Shown here: piece after piece, positions 9,259 through 17,204 of the stretch | Numbering within the stretch: the stretch's first letter is position 1 | Layout: the number at the start of each line of letters is the position of its first letter | NCBI GenBank assembly: GCA_965662235.1 | Contig: CBFIGY010000002.1 | Span: forward strand, 203,311 to 267,310 | Reading direction: 5' to 3' | Source: an uncultured bacterium | Lineage (GTDB): Bacteria > SAR324 > NAC60-12 | DNA: 64,000 bases | Notes under the pieces: model-generated | What the model was told of the DNA's origin: nothing | What the model saw: the letters and a program-made list of their open reading frames with translations, nothing else | Database searches by the model: none | Made by a program: the position numbers and the translations under genes

Positions 9259-10101
9259 TTACTCTCCCTTCACAAAACGCTGAAACGCCTCGGCATGGTC
9301 CGGATGCCAACGAGAGAGCGGAGGACGGTTCTCAATCAGGTCGCCCATCGCCCAGGCCATCCGCTTTTCATCCAGCTCACGGGTGACTTCGTTGTCAGGA
9401 CAGAGGATGTAGAAGTCCCCCTCATCCAGGCGCTCAAAGAGGAACTCGGCGGTCTGTTCCGGAGTCCACGCACCAGCGGGTTTTTCCGTCCGGTCGTGTC
9501 GCGTGAGGTCGGTAAAGACAAACCCGGGAATGAGCAGATGGGCGGTGAGCTGATGCCGAGCGGTGTTGCGCAGCTCGTACGCCAGCGCCTCGGTAAAGGT
9601 CTTCACACCGCTCTTACTGACGTTGTAGGCCGGGTCACCAGGAGGCGTGGTGATGCCCTGCTTCGACCCCGTGTTGATGACCAGCCCCGGCCGAGCCCGC
9701 TCGATCATGCGGGGAAGGAAGACCTGGGTGCCGTGGACCATGCCTCCCAAGTTGACCGCAAGGATGCGGACCCAGTTTTCCGGATCCTCGAGCAGTGTGC
9801 TTCCGGGCTGAATGCCAGCGTTGTTCATGAGGATGTCGGTGCCGCCCCACTTTTCGGCAACCTCCACCTCTAGGTCAATCAACGCGTTGCGGTTTGACAC
9901 ATCAAGCGTTCGGGCTAGGACGTCTGCCGCACCGGCTTCCCGTACCTGCGCCGCTGCCGCCTCAAGCTCAGGGGCCCGGATATCCACGAGGACAATCCTC
10001 ATCTGCAGGGCGGCCAGCTTCATGGCGGTGGCCAGTCCAATGCCGGAAGCGCCTCCGGTAATCACCGCGACCGAGTGCTCGGTAAGGGCGGGATGCTTCA
10101 T
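9259..10101 (-). CDS. Short-chain dehydrogenase/reductase
   Basis: TGGASGIG, NNAG, YNVSK catalytic motif. Confidence 0.92.
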   Translation of the reverse strand: MKHPALTEHSVAVITGGASGIGLATAMKLAALQMRIVLVDIRAPELEAAAAQVREAGAADVLARTLDVSNRNALIDLEVEVAEKWGGTDILMNNAGIQPGSTLLEDPENWVRILAVNLGGMVHGTQVFLPRMIERARPGLVINTGSKQGITTPPGDPAYNVSKSGVKTFTEALAYELRNTARHQLTAHLLIPGFVFTDLTRHDRTEKPAGAWTPEQTAEFLFERLDEGDFYILCPDNEVTRELDEKRMAWAMGDLIENRPPLSRWHPDHAEAFQRFVKGE

Positions 10102-10160
10102 GGTTGAGTCTCCTTCTGAGGTGAAAACAGAGAGCGGAACCCGTGGGTTCCAGAGGCCAT

Positions 10161-10772
10161 TCAGAGGGTTCGTAAGCAGTACACCACTCTACCAATGACC
10201 GAGATCGGTGTGCTGGTGGAAGCGTCAAAGACCATCTCCTGGTAAGCCGGATTCTCAGAGATCACCCGGAGGGTCTGAGTGTCGGCCTTCCACTGCGTTT
10301 TCTTGAAAAAGACCATGCCGTCCACATTGAGGACGTAGTAACCATCTCCGGGCTTGTGCTTGGTGTGATCGAGGATGATCAGGTCACCAGAACGGGCAAC
10401 CGGCTCCATCGAGTCCCCTTCAATCCGCAAACCTGAAAGCGACTGCGGGGCCACCCGGAGCTTCTGCTCAATCCAAGCGCTCGGCAGAGGAACCTGCTCC
10501 ACCACGGCACACTGGTCTAGGTTGAAGGCGCCACTTCCGGCAGACGCGGTGACCTCATAGATCGGGATCATCCGGATGGCATCAGCCTCGTCCCGCATCT
10601 GCGCCGGCCCATAGAGCAGTTGCTCCAGGAGCAGCGATGTCGCCTTGTCGATCGGCGCCCGGCCATTCATCCAGCGACTGATCGTCACCCGGTTCCGGCC
10701 AATGCGCTGCGCCAGTTCATCCTGGGTCCAGCTGAGTTCAATCAGACGCTTCTTGATCTGTTCCGGTTGCAT
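10161..10772 (-). CDS. XRE-HTH plus S24 peptidase repressor (phage CI/LexA-like)
   Basis: HTH WTQDELAQRIGRNRVTISRWMNG; Ala-Gly cleavage site SAGSG; catalytic Ser in GDSMEP; Lys in FFKK; C-terminal VIGRVV. Confidence 0.9.
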   Translation of the reverse strand: MQPEQIKKRLIELSWTQDELAQRIGRNRVTISRWMNGRAPIDKATSLLLEQLLYGPAQMRDEADAIRMIPIYEVTASAGSGAFNLDQCAVVEQVPLPSAWIEQKLRVAPQSLSGLRIEGDSMEPVARSGDLIILDHTKHKPGDGYYVLNVDGMVFFKKTQWKADTQTLRVISENPAYQEMVFDASTSTPISVIGRVVYCLRTL

Positions 10773-10794
10773 TCCCGTTCCGTAAATTATCGTA

Positions 10795-10823
10795 TTGACT
10801 CAATGTAGCCTTAAAGCTACAGT
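10795..10823 (+). promoter_or_regulatory. Sigma-70 promoter with an overlapping palindromic operator
   Basis: TTGACT-N17-TACAGT. The inverted repeat TGTAGC-N6-GCTACA (10804-10821) covers the spacer and -10 box. Confidence 0.7.
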
Positions 10824-10971
10824 AACGTCACTTTTTGCTTCATCGCCGATCAATCTACCACAGATCCGAGGGAGCACAAGCACAACGGTGCCGTCCGGAG
10901 CCGATGCGCCAACTGGCCGCTGGCCTCAGTTCGAAAATCGTTTCGTGGAAGACTCGACCCAAAAGGACCCA

Positions 10972-11121
10972 ATGATTCGCAGTGAAGTTATTGTACGAGC
11001 GCTGAGAGAAAGCCGCAACCAACGGAATCACTTGGCAGAAGTTGGACGTGCCCCCGGGCTGAAGGGCTGGTGGCTGCGTTTGATCTACTCTCGTCGCTTG
11101 AGCACGTTGGAGCTTCCCTGA
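10972..11121 (+). CDS. 49-aa basic hypothetical peptide, divergent from the repressor
   Basis: AAAGGA RBS 4 nt before ATG; MIRSEVIVRALRESRNQRNHLAEVGRAPGLKGWWLRLIYSRRLSTLELP. Confidence 0.5.
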   Translation: MIRSEVIVRALRESRNQRNHLAEVGRAPGLKGWWLRLIYSRRLSTLELP

Positions 11122-11339
11122 GCGACGTGGCTTCATTGGCCTGACCGCCTGACGGTGAGGCCTTCCTTCCTCCTTTTCTCTTTCCTCACAAGCCCTCCCG
11201 CGGGCGGGTTTCCCATAGGCCTCTTCCGGAAAATCTGCTAACCTGTTGCCCTGCATCAAATCGCTCCAGCTCCCCGTTTCCTCGGATTCCGCCGCACGTG
11301 CCGAGGGCTTTCAAGGAGCGGCAACACGAAGAGGCCCCT

Positions 11340-12185
11340 GTGACTGACATCATCCAACCCTTCTGGGCTGATCACTCCACGACTCTGGTGAGCGTGGGCT
11401 ACAAAGCACTCCTGAGCCTGATCATTCTGGCCGTCAGTCTGCTGGTGGGAAAGGGCGTCAAGCAGGTCATCCTCCGGACCAGTCACCGCTTGGCGAAGGT
11501 GGATGCGACGCTGGTGCCCGTACTCTGCACCACAGCAGCGTATGCGGTTTACACGATCGGTGCTGTCTTCATCCTCGACATTTTCGGCGTCAACACAGCC
11601 AGCATCATCACCCTCCTGGGAGCCGCTGGTCTTGCCATTGGCCTGGCTCTGAAGGACACCCTGAGCAACATCGCTGCCGGCATCATGCTGCTGCTGCTGC
11701 GCCCCTTCCGGGCTGGAGACTTTGTGGAGTGTGGTTCCATCACAGGGTCCGTGGCCGAAATCAACCTCTTCACCACCATCCTAGAGACCGCAGACGGCCT
11801 CTACGTGGCGTCTCCCAACAGCCTCGTCTGGGGCAACACCATCACCAACTTTACCCGGAATGGCAAGCGACGCATGGACCTTGTGGTAGGAATCGCCTAT
11901 TCCGATTCCATTGAGGCCGGACTCGCTGTGCTCCGGCACATTGCTGAAACGGAGCCTCGCTTCCTGAAGGAACCCGCCCCACAGGTGATGGTGCTTTCTC
12001 TGGGAGACAGTTCCGTGAATCTGCAGCTCAGGGGATGGGCCACTACGGAGGACTACTGGAAGGCGTTCTGGGACCTGAACCAACGGGTCAAGGAGGAGAT
12101 TGAACAGGCCGGGCTGACCATTCCGTTTCCGCAACGAGACCTGCACCTCCCTGCCGGCGTACTGCCCGGAGCCCCCCGGACGTGA
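11340..12185 (+). CDS. mscS: Small-conductance mechanosensitive channel
   Basis: GAAGLAIGLALKDTLSNIAAG, RPFRAGD, final IPFPQRDLH. GTG start at 11340. Confidence 0.92.
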   Translation: MTDIIQPFWADHSTTLVSVGYKALLSLIILAVSLLVGKGVKQVILRTSHRLAKVDATLVPVLCTTAAYAVYTIGAVFILDIFGVNTASIITLLGAAGLAIGLALKDTLSNIAAGIMLLLLRPFRAGDFVECGSITGSVAEINLFTTILETADGLYVASPNSLVWGNTITNFTRNGKRRMDLVVGIAYSDSIEAGLAVLRHIAETEPRFLKEPAPQVMVLSLGDSSVNLQLRGWATTEDYWKAFWDLNQRVKEEIEQAGLTIPFPQRDLHLPAGVLPGAPRT

Positions 12186-12253
12186 TGAAGCCGCTGCTCC
12201 AGAATCCGGTTACGACTCTTATCGCTTGAAGAGAGGCCGCTTTGAAAGGCGTG

Positions 12254-13597
12254 CTAGGCCCGCGAGGTTTGTTCAGGAAGGATGCCCCGGGGGCTGAAAC
12301 GGAGGACCAGCAGCAGCAGCAGGCCCATGACCACCATCCGCATGTGCGGAGCCGCATCCAGCAGATGCTGCCGAAGGGGGTTGTCGTCACTGAGAGTTCC
12401 TGCCAAACCTCCCATGGCCCAAAGGCCGACGGGCTCCGCCTCCACCCAGAAGAACCAGGTGATGAAGCCACCGATGACAGCACCCAGGTTGGAGCCCCCT
12501 CCCCCAATGATCACCATGACCCAGATCAGGAAGGTGTAACGGAGCGGGTTGTAACCTCCGGGGGTGAACTGTCCATCCAGCGTGGTCAGCATCGCACCGG
12601 CAATGCCAATCACCGCAGAGCCAATGATGAACACTTCCCGGTGCCGACGCACCACGTCCTTCCCCATCGCGGAGGCCGCCACTTCGTTGTCCCGGATGGC
12701 CCGCATCATTCGCCCCCACGGCGAGTTCAAAGCCCGTACGGCCAACCCGAGGATCGCCAGCAGCACCACTAGGAACAGTCCGGAGTAGCAGAGTTTCACA
12801 AAGACACCGGAGGCCGTGACCAGCGCCTCTGAAAGCACCTCCGGGTCCTCGATGCCCTGCCACCAAGCGACTAGGCTGGCAAACCACTCTGCCTGCTGCA
12901 GATCCAGTTCATACGGCACCGGACGATCCAGGCCGGAGACGTTCTTCACGCCGCGGGTCAACCAGTCTTCGTTTTTCAGAACCGAGATGACAATCTCTGA
13001 AATGCCGAGGGTGGCGATGGCAAAGTAGTCAGAACGAAGGCCCAGCGCAATTCGTCCCACCAGCCAAGCAAGCGCGGCCGCCGTCAGTCCTCCAGCCAGC
13101 CAGGAGGTCAGGATCGGGAGACCAAGCCCTCCCAGGAATCCGGTTTTCCCCGGGTCCACCCGTTCAATGGCCCGGACGGCTTCATCAAAAAAACTGCGGA
13201 TGAACCAAAGTCCCAACAGGAGAACCACGGTCACACCCAAGTTCCGGAGCCTTCCCGCTGGAAACGAACGACGAACCAGCCAGACTCCCAAAATCGTTCC
13301 CAGCACCCCGATGACACTGAGGGCCAAACCCGTGGCTCCCACCGACCATGCCTCGCCAACCGGAGAGTAGGAAACCAGCACGGCCGTTGCTCCTCCAACC
13401 GCGGTTGAAGCCATCACTCCGGCATTAAAGAGTCCGGCGTAGCCCCACTGGATGTTCAGGCCCAACGCCATCAACGCCGAGATGAAGCAGAGGTTCAAGA
13501 TGGCCAGCGCGACGTTCCAGGATTGCCCCACGCCTACCCAGAGCAGCAGCAGGCCCATGATGAAAAAGCTCAACCAGGCCCGGACGGAGTAACTCAC
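12254..13597 (-). CDS. livM: Branched-chain amino acid ABC transporter permease (LivM-like)
   Basis: LGLNIQWGYAGLFN, LRSDYFAIATLG, WGRMMRAIRDNEVAA. The GTG start overlaps the livH stop. Confidence 0.85.
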   Translation of the reverse strand: MSYSVRAWLSFFIMGLLLLWVGVGQSWNVALAILNLCFISALMALGLNIQWGYAGLFNAGVMASTAVGGATAVLVSYSPVGEAWSVGATGLALSVIGVLGTILGVWLVRRSFPAGRLRNLGVTVVLLLGLWFIRSFFDEAVRAIERVDPGKTGFLGGLGLPILTSWLAGGLTAAALAWLVGRIALGLRSDYFAIATLGISEIVISVLKNEDWLTRGVKNVSGLDRPVPYELDLQQAEWFASLVAWWQGIEDPEVLSEALVTASGVFVKLCYSGLFLVVLLAILGLAVRALNSPWGRMMRAIRDNEVAASAMGKDVVRRHREVFIIGSAVIGIAGAMLTTLDGQFTPGGYNPLRYTFLIWVMVIIGGGGSNLGAVIGGFITWFFWVEAEPVGLWAMGGLAGTLSDDNPLRQHLLDAAPHMRMVVMGLLLLLVLRFSPRGILPEQTSRA

Positions 13598-14604
13598 AGA
13601 ACCCTCCCACGCAGCAGCCCTGTGGGACGGACCAGCAGGACCACCACCAGGATGATGAAGGAGACCGCAAACTTGTACTCGGTCGAAAGGAACTGCACGA
13701 GGCCTTCCGGAGCCCATGCTTCTGGGACAAGGTAGCCAAGGAATTTCTTGTACGCGTAAGTGGCCATCACCTCAGAGAATGCCACAATGAATCCTCCTAA
13801 GATCGCCCCAATCGGTTCCCCAATGCCGCCAACAATGGCCGCCGCAAAGATCGGGAGCAGGAGGTGGAAGTACACCAGCGGCTTGTAGCTCTTGTCTAGG
13901 CCGTACAGCACGGCAGCTAGGGTGGCCAGCACCGAGGCGATCGCCCAGGCGGTCAGGACCACACGTTCCGGGTTGATGCCAGAAAGCAGGGCTAGGTCCT
14001 CATTGTCCGAAAAGGCTCGCATCGCCTGCCCCATCCGGGTCTTCTGCAGAAACCAGAACAGCGCCAGCACTGCCACCAGAGCCAAGAGGACCGTGATCAC
14101 CTGATTCTGCTTGATCACCAACGCCTCGCCCAGCCCGGTCATCTGCTTGAACTCCCGGGCCTTGATGAGGAACTTGTTGCCATCAGAGAAGACGATCTCA
14201 TCGGTTCCAATGAAGAGCCGAACGAGTCCGTTCATGACAAACATCACCCCCACTGAGGCAATGACGAGAATGACAGGCTTGGCCTTGCGCTGGCGGTAGA
14301 AGCGAAACACGGAGCGTTCCACCCCAAGGGAAAAGAGAACCGTTGCGCCCATTCCCACCGGAAGCGCAAGCAGCGCTGTCGGAAGTGGGTCGATGCTCCA
14401 GCCCAGGGACTGAAACCACCAGGTGACGTAGATGGTAATCATTCCTCCGAAGGCCATCAGTTCGCCGTGCGCAAAGTTGGCAAAACGGAGGATGCCAAAG
14501 ATGAGGGTGACGCCTACGGCGCCTAAGGCAAGCTGTGCCCCGTAGGAAAGAGCAGGGATGAAGACGAAGTTGGCAAACAGCACCACGGCGTTGAGGATTT
14601 CCAT
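13594..14604 (-). CDS. livH: Branched-chain amino acid ABC transporter permease (LivH-like)
   Basis: GILRFANFAHGE, TRMGQAMRA, AAIVGGIG. Confidence 0.87.
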   Translation of the reverse strand: MEILNAVVLFANFVFIPALSYGAQLALGAVGVTLIFGILRFANFAHGELMAFGGMITIYVTWWFQSLGWSIDPLPTALLALPVGMGATVLFSLGVERSVFRFYRQRKAKPVILVIASVGVMFVMNGLVRLFIGTDEIVFSDGNKFLIKAREFKQMTGLGEALVIKQNQVITVLLALVAVLALFWFLQKTRMGQAMRAFSDNEDLALLSGINPERVVLTAWAIASVLATLAAVLYGLDKSYKPLVYFHLLLPIFAAAIVGGIGEPIGAILGGFIVAFSEVMATYAYKKFLGYLVPEAWAPEGLVQFLSTEYKFAVSFIILVVVLLVRPTGLLRGRVL

Positions 14605-15308
14605 TACCCTCCCAAAAAGGTACGGCGGACCTCCGGATCAGCGAGCAAGGCGGCGCCGGTGTCCGTGAAGCGGTTTTCTCCGGTGACCAACACGTAGCCA
14701 CGGTCCGCAATTTCCAGGGCCTGCCGGGCGTTCTGTTCCACCATGAGGACGGCGATTCCGGCCTGCTTGACCTCGAGGATGCGGTCGAAGAGCTCATCCA
14801 TGACAATTGGCGACACGCCAGCCGTTGGTTCATCCAACAGCAGCACCTGCGGACGGGTCATGAGTGCACGCCCCACGGCCACCTGCTGACGCTGTCCTCC
14901 GGAAAGCTCACCGGCAGGCTGCTGCTGCTTCTCCCGGAGAATCGGGAAGAGGCCATACACCTGTTCCATCGTTTCCTCAATGCCGTCTCGACGTAGGTGG
15001 GCGCCGATCCTCAGGTTTTCTTCAACGGTCATGGAGGGGAACACATTCTGAGTCTGGGGGACAAACGCGAGCCCATGCTTCACTCGCTCTTGCGGCGTGA
15101 GGTGGCTGATGTCGGTTCCGTTGAGCCGCACCTGCCCCTTGCGCAGCTTCAGCAGTCCCAGCAGGGCCTTCATCGCGGTGGACTTCCCGGCGCCGTTGGG
15201 TCCCACAATGACGGCAACCTCGCCCTGATCGACACCAACGGTGCAGCCGTTGAGGATGTCTGCGGCGCCATAACCGCCGACCATTGCTTCTCCAATCAGG
15301 AAGCTCAT
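14604..15308 (-). CDS. livF: Branched-chain amino acid ABC ATPase (LivF-like)
   Basis: GPNGAGKST, LSGGQRQ, LLLDEP, VEQNA. Confidence 0.9.
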   Translation of the reverse strand: MSFLIGEAMVGGYGAADILNGCTVGVDQGEVAVIVGPNGAGKSTAMKALLGLLKLRKGQVRLNGTDISHLTPQERVKHGLAFVPQTQNVFPSMTVEENLRIGAHLRRDGIEETMEQVYGLFPILREKQQQPAGELSGGQRQQVAVGRALMTRPQVLLLDEPTAGVSPIVMDELFDRILEVKQAGIAVLMVEQNARQALEIADRGYVLVTGENRFTDTGAALLADPEVRRTFLGG

Positions 15309-16087
15309 GCGGGCTCCTTGGGCTTGTTCTTCAATCCCGTCCCCAAGTAGGCTTCGATCACGTCTTCGTTGTTCCGGACCTCGGTGGGGGTACCTTGTGT
15401 GAGGACCTTGCCTTCTGCCATGACCACCACCGGATTGCAGAGCCGACTGATGAAGTCGATGTCGTGCTCAATCATGCAAAACGTGTAGCCCCGCTCCTGG
15501 TTGAGCTTGAGGATCGCGTCTCCAATCTCATTGAGTAGGGTCCGGTTGACGCCGGCGCCGACTTCGTCCAGCACCACCATCTTGGCATCGACCATCATCG
15601 TCCGTCCTAGCTCAAGCAGTTTTTTTTGTCCGCCTGAAAGGTTCCCGGCCAGTTCGTGGGCCACGTGATTGAGGTTGAGAAACTCAATGACCTCCTCGGC
15701 ACGTTGCTGCAGTTTTTTCTCCTGCTGCGCCACCTCCTGACGCTGGAACCAGGCTCCGAGGAGGCTTTCCCCGCGCTGTCCTGCCGGCACCATCATCAGG
15801 TTGTCCAGCACACTGAGGGTGTGGAATTCGTGGGCGATCTGGAAGGTCCGGAGGAGGCCTTTGGAGAACAACTGGTGGGCTTGGAGGCCGGTAACGTCTT
15901 CCCCGTCGAGGAAGATCGAGCCGCTGGTGGGCGGGGTGGCTCCAGCAATCAGGTTGAAGAGGGTCGTCTTGCCGGCGCCGTTGGGGCCAATGAGCCCCGT
16001 GATGCTGCCGGTTTCAATGGTGAGGGTCACCCCACTGACCGCGTGGACTCCGCCGAAGCGCTTGGTAACGTTTTGGACCGAGATCAC
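15305..16087 (-). CDS. livG: Branched-chain amino acid ABC ATPase (LivG-like)
   Basis: GPNGAGKTT, LLRTFQ, LSGGQKKLLELGR, IEHD, VIEAYLG. Confidence 0.9.
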   Translation of the reverse strand: MISVQNVTKRFGGVHAVSGVTLTIETGSITGLIGPNGAGKTTLFNLIAGATPPTSGSIFLDGEDVTGLQAHQLFSKGLLRTFQIAHEFHTLSVLDNLMMVPAGQRGESLLGAWFQRQEVAQQEKKLQQRAEEVIEFLNLNHVAHELAGNLSGGQKKLLELGRTMMVDAKMVVLDEVGAGVNRTLLNEIGDAILKLNQERGYTFCMIEHDIDFISRLCNPVVVMAEGKVLTQGTPTEVRNNEDVIEAYLGTGLKNKPKEPA

Positions 16088-16248
16088 AGAAGCTTGAGGT
16101 CGTGCAGGGCGTGTGCGGAAAAGCGAACCATTAGGGCTTCGTCATAAAACGCAAATTTTTAAAGGAGGAGGCCCGCAAAGTCAATCCAATTGCGGGCTGG
16201 CGGGGGGAAGCGGAAATTGCACTCTGGAACCAGAATCCGAGTTTGGGC

Positions 16249-16276
16249 TTGCCAAATTCTTCTTCACCTTTATAGT
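16249..16276 (+). promoter_or_regulatory. Candidate sigma-70 promoter of the act operon
   Basis: TTGCCA-N16-TATAGT about 125 nt upstream of actA. Confidence 0.45.
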
Positions 16277-16402
16277 TTCTCGAGTTTTATCCACGGCCTT
16301 GTGGTTGCCGGTTTTGCGCAGAGCCCTGAATGGGAATTCAGGTGCCCTCATCCCGCCGGACCAGCCAGGCAAGCCCTTGTTACCAAAACGCAGGTTTTCC
16401 TC

Positions 16403-17170
16403 ATGGATCATCGCTTTTCGCGCCTCCTCCTGGGCCTCGCCTTCATTGGAGCCATGTTTGTTGGCCTCCCCGGGGTCAGCTCTGCTCAGGTGCAAGCCCC
16501 TCAACAACCCATTGCATTTGACCACCAGATTCACGTCACGCAAAACGGGATCTCGTGTCAATACTGCCACCTTTATGCACGTCGCTCCTACTCTTCAGGA
16601 GTTCCTCCCGTCAGCACCTGCATCGGGTGTCACGGGACCAACGAGATGAAAATTGTCCAACCTCCGGCCAATTCTCCGAAGGAGTGGCTGGACGGCCTGG
16701 ACACCCTCCGGAACCACTGGGACAAGGGTGAACCCATCCCGTGGGTCAAGGTTCACGACATCCCCGATTTTGTCCGCTTCCCTCACAAGGAGCACATCAA
16801 CGTCGACAGCAGCCGCTTTGTTGATGAAGCCGGACGCGGATGTGACATGCAGGCGAATCCCCGTTCGCTGGAGTGCAAGCTTTCCCAGTTCCGAGCCGGT
16901 GGTGACCAGCGCTGTCAAGCGTGCCACGGAAATGTTTCCCAGATGAAGGTTGTGGCCAAGGTGGACCAGAACTTCGGGGGCATGGGCTGGTGCATGGAGT
17001 GTCACCTGCAGGTGAAGGGCGCTGTGGAGCGCAAGCGCGCCATGAGCACCCTCGAGGGGTGGTTCAATGCCAAGGAAAATGATGCCAAGCGGGAAGCCGC
17101 GATGCACTTGGTTGATGACAAGGGCTACCACACCCCGAACATGAACGACTGCTTCACCTGTCACTACTGA
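16403..17170 (+). CDS. actA: Alternative complex III pentaheme cytochrome c ActA
   Basis: QPIAFDH; five CxxCH motifs (CQYCH, CIGCH, CQACH, CMECH, CFTCH); PIPWVKVHDIPDFVRFPH; MGWCMECH. First gene of the act operon. Start ATG 16403. Confidence 0.9.
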   Translation: MDHRFSRLLLGLAFIGAMFVGLPGVSSAQVQAPQQPIAFDHQIHVTQNGISCQYCHLYARRSYSSGVPPVSTCIGCHGTNEMKIVQPPANSPKEWLDGLDTLRNHWDKGEPIPWVKVHDIPDFVRFPHKEHINVDSSRFVDEAGRGCDMQANPRSLECKLSQFRAGGDQRCQACHGNVSQMKVVAKVDQNFGGMGWCMECHLQVKGAVERKRAMSTLEGWFNAKENDAKREAAMHLVDDKGYHTPNMNDCFTCHY

Positions 17171-17204
17171 CCCCCATTCTTTTGTCAAACACTCGGAGTT
17201 TCTG

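Noticed and set aside
9259..12185. Prophage around the CI-like repressor
   Set aside because: There are no integrase, replication or structural genes and no att repeats. The neighbours are an SDR and mscS.
16287..16295. DnaA-box-like TTATCCACG
   Set aside because: It is a single 8/9 match with no cluster and no origin-associated genes.
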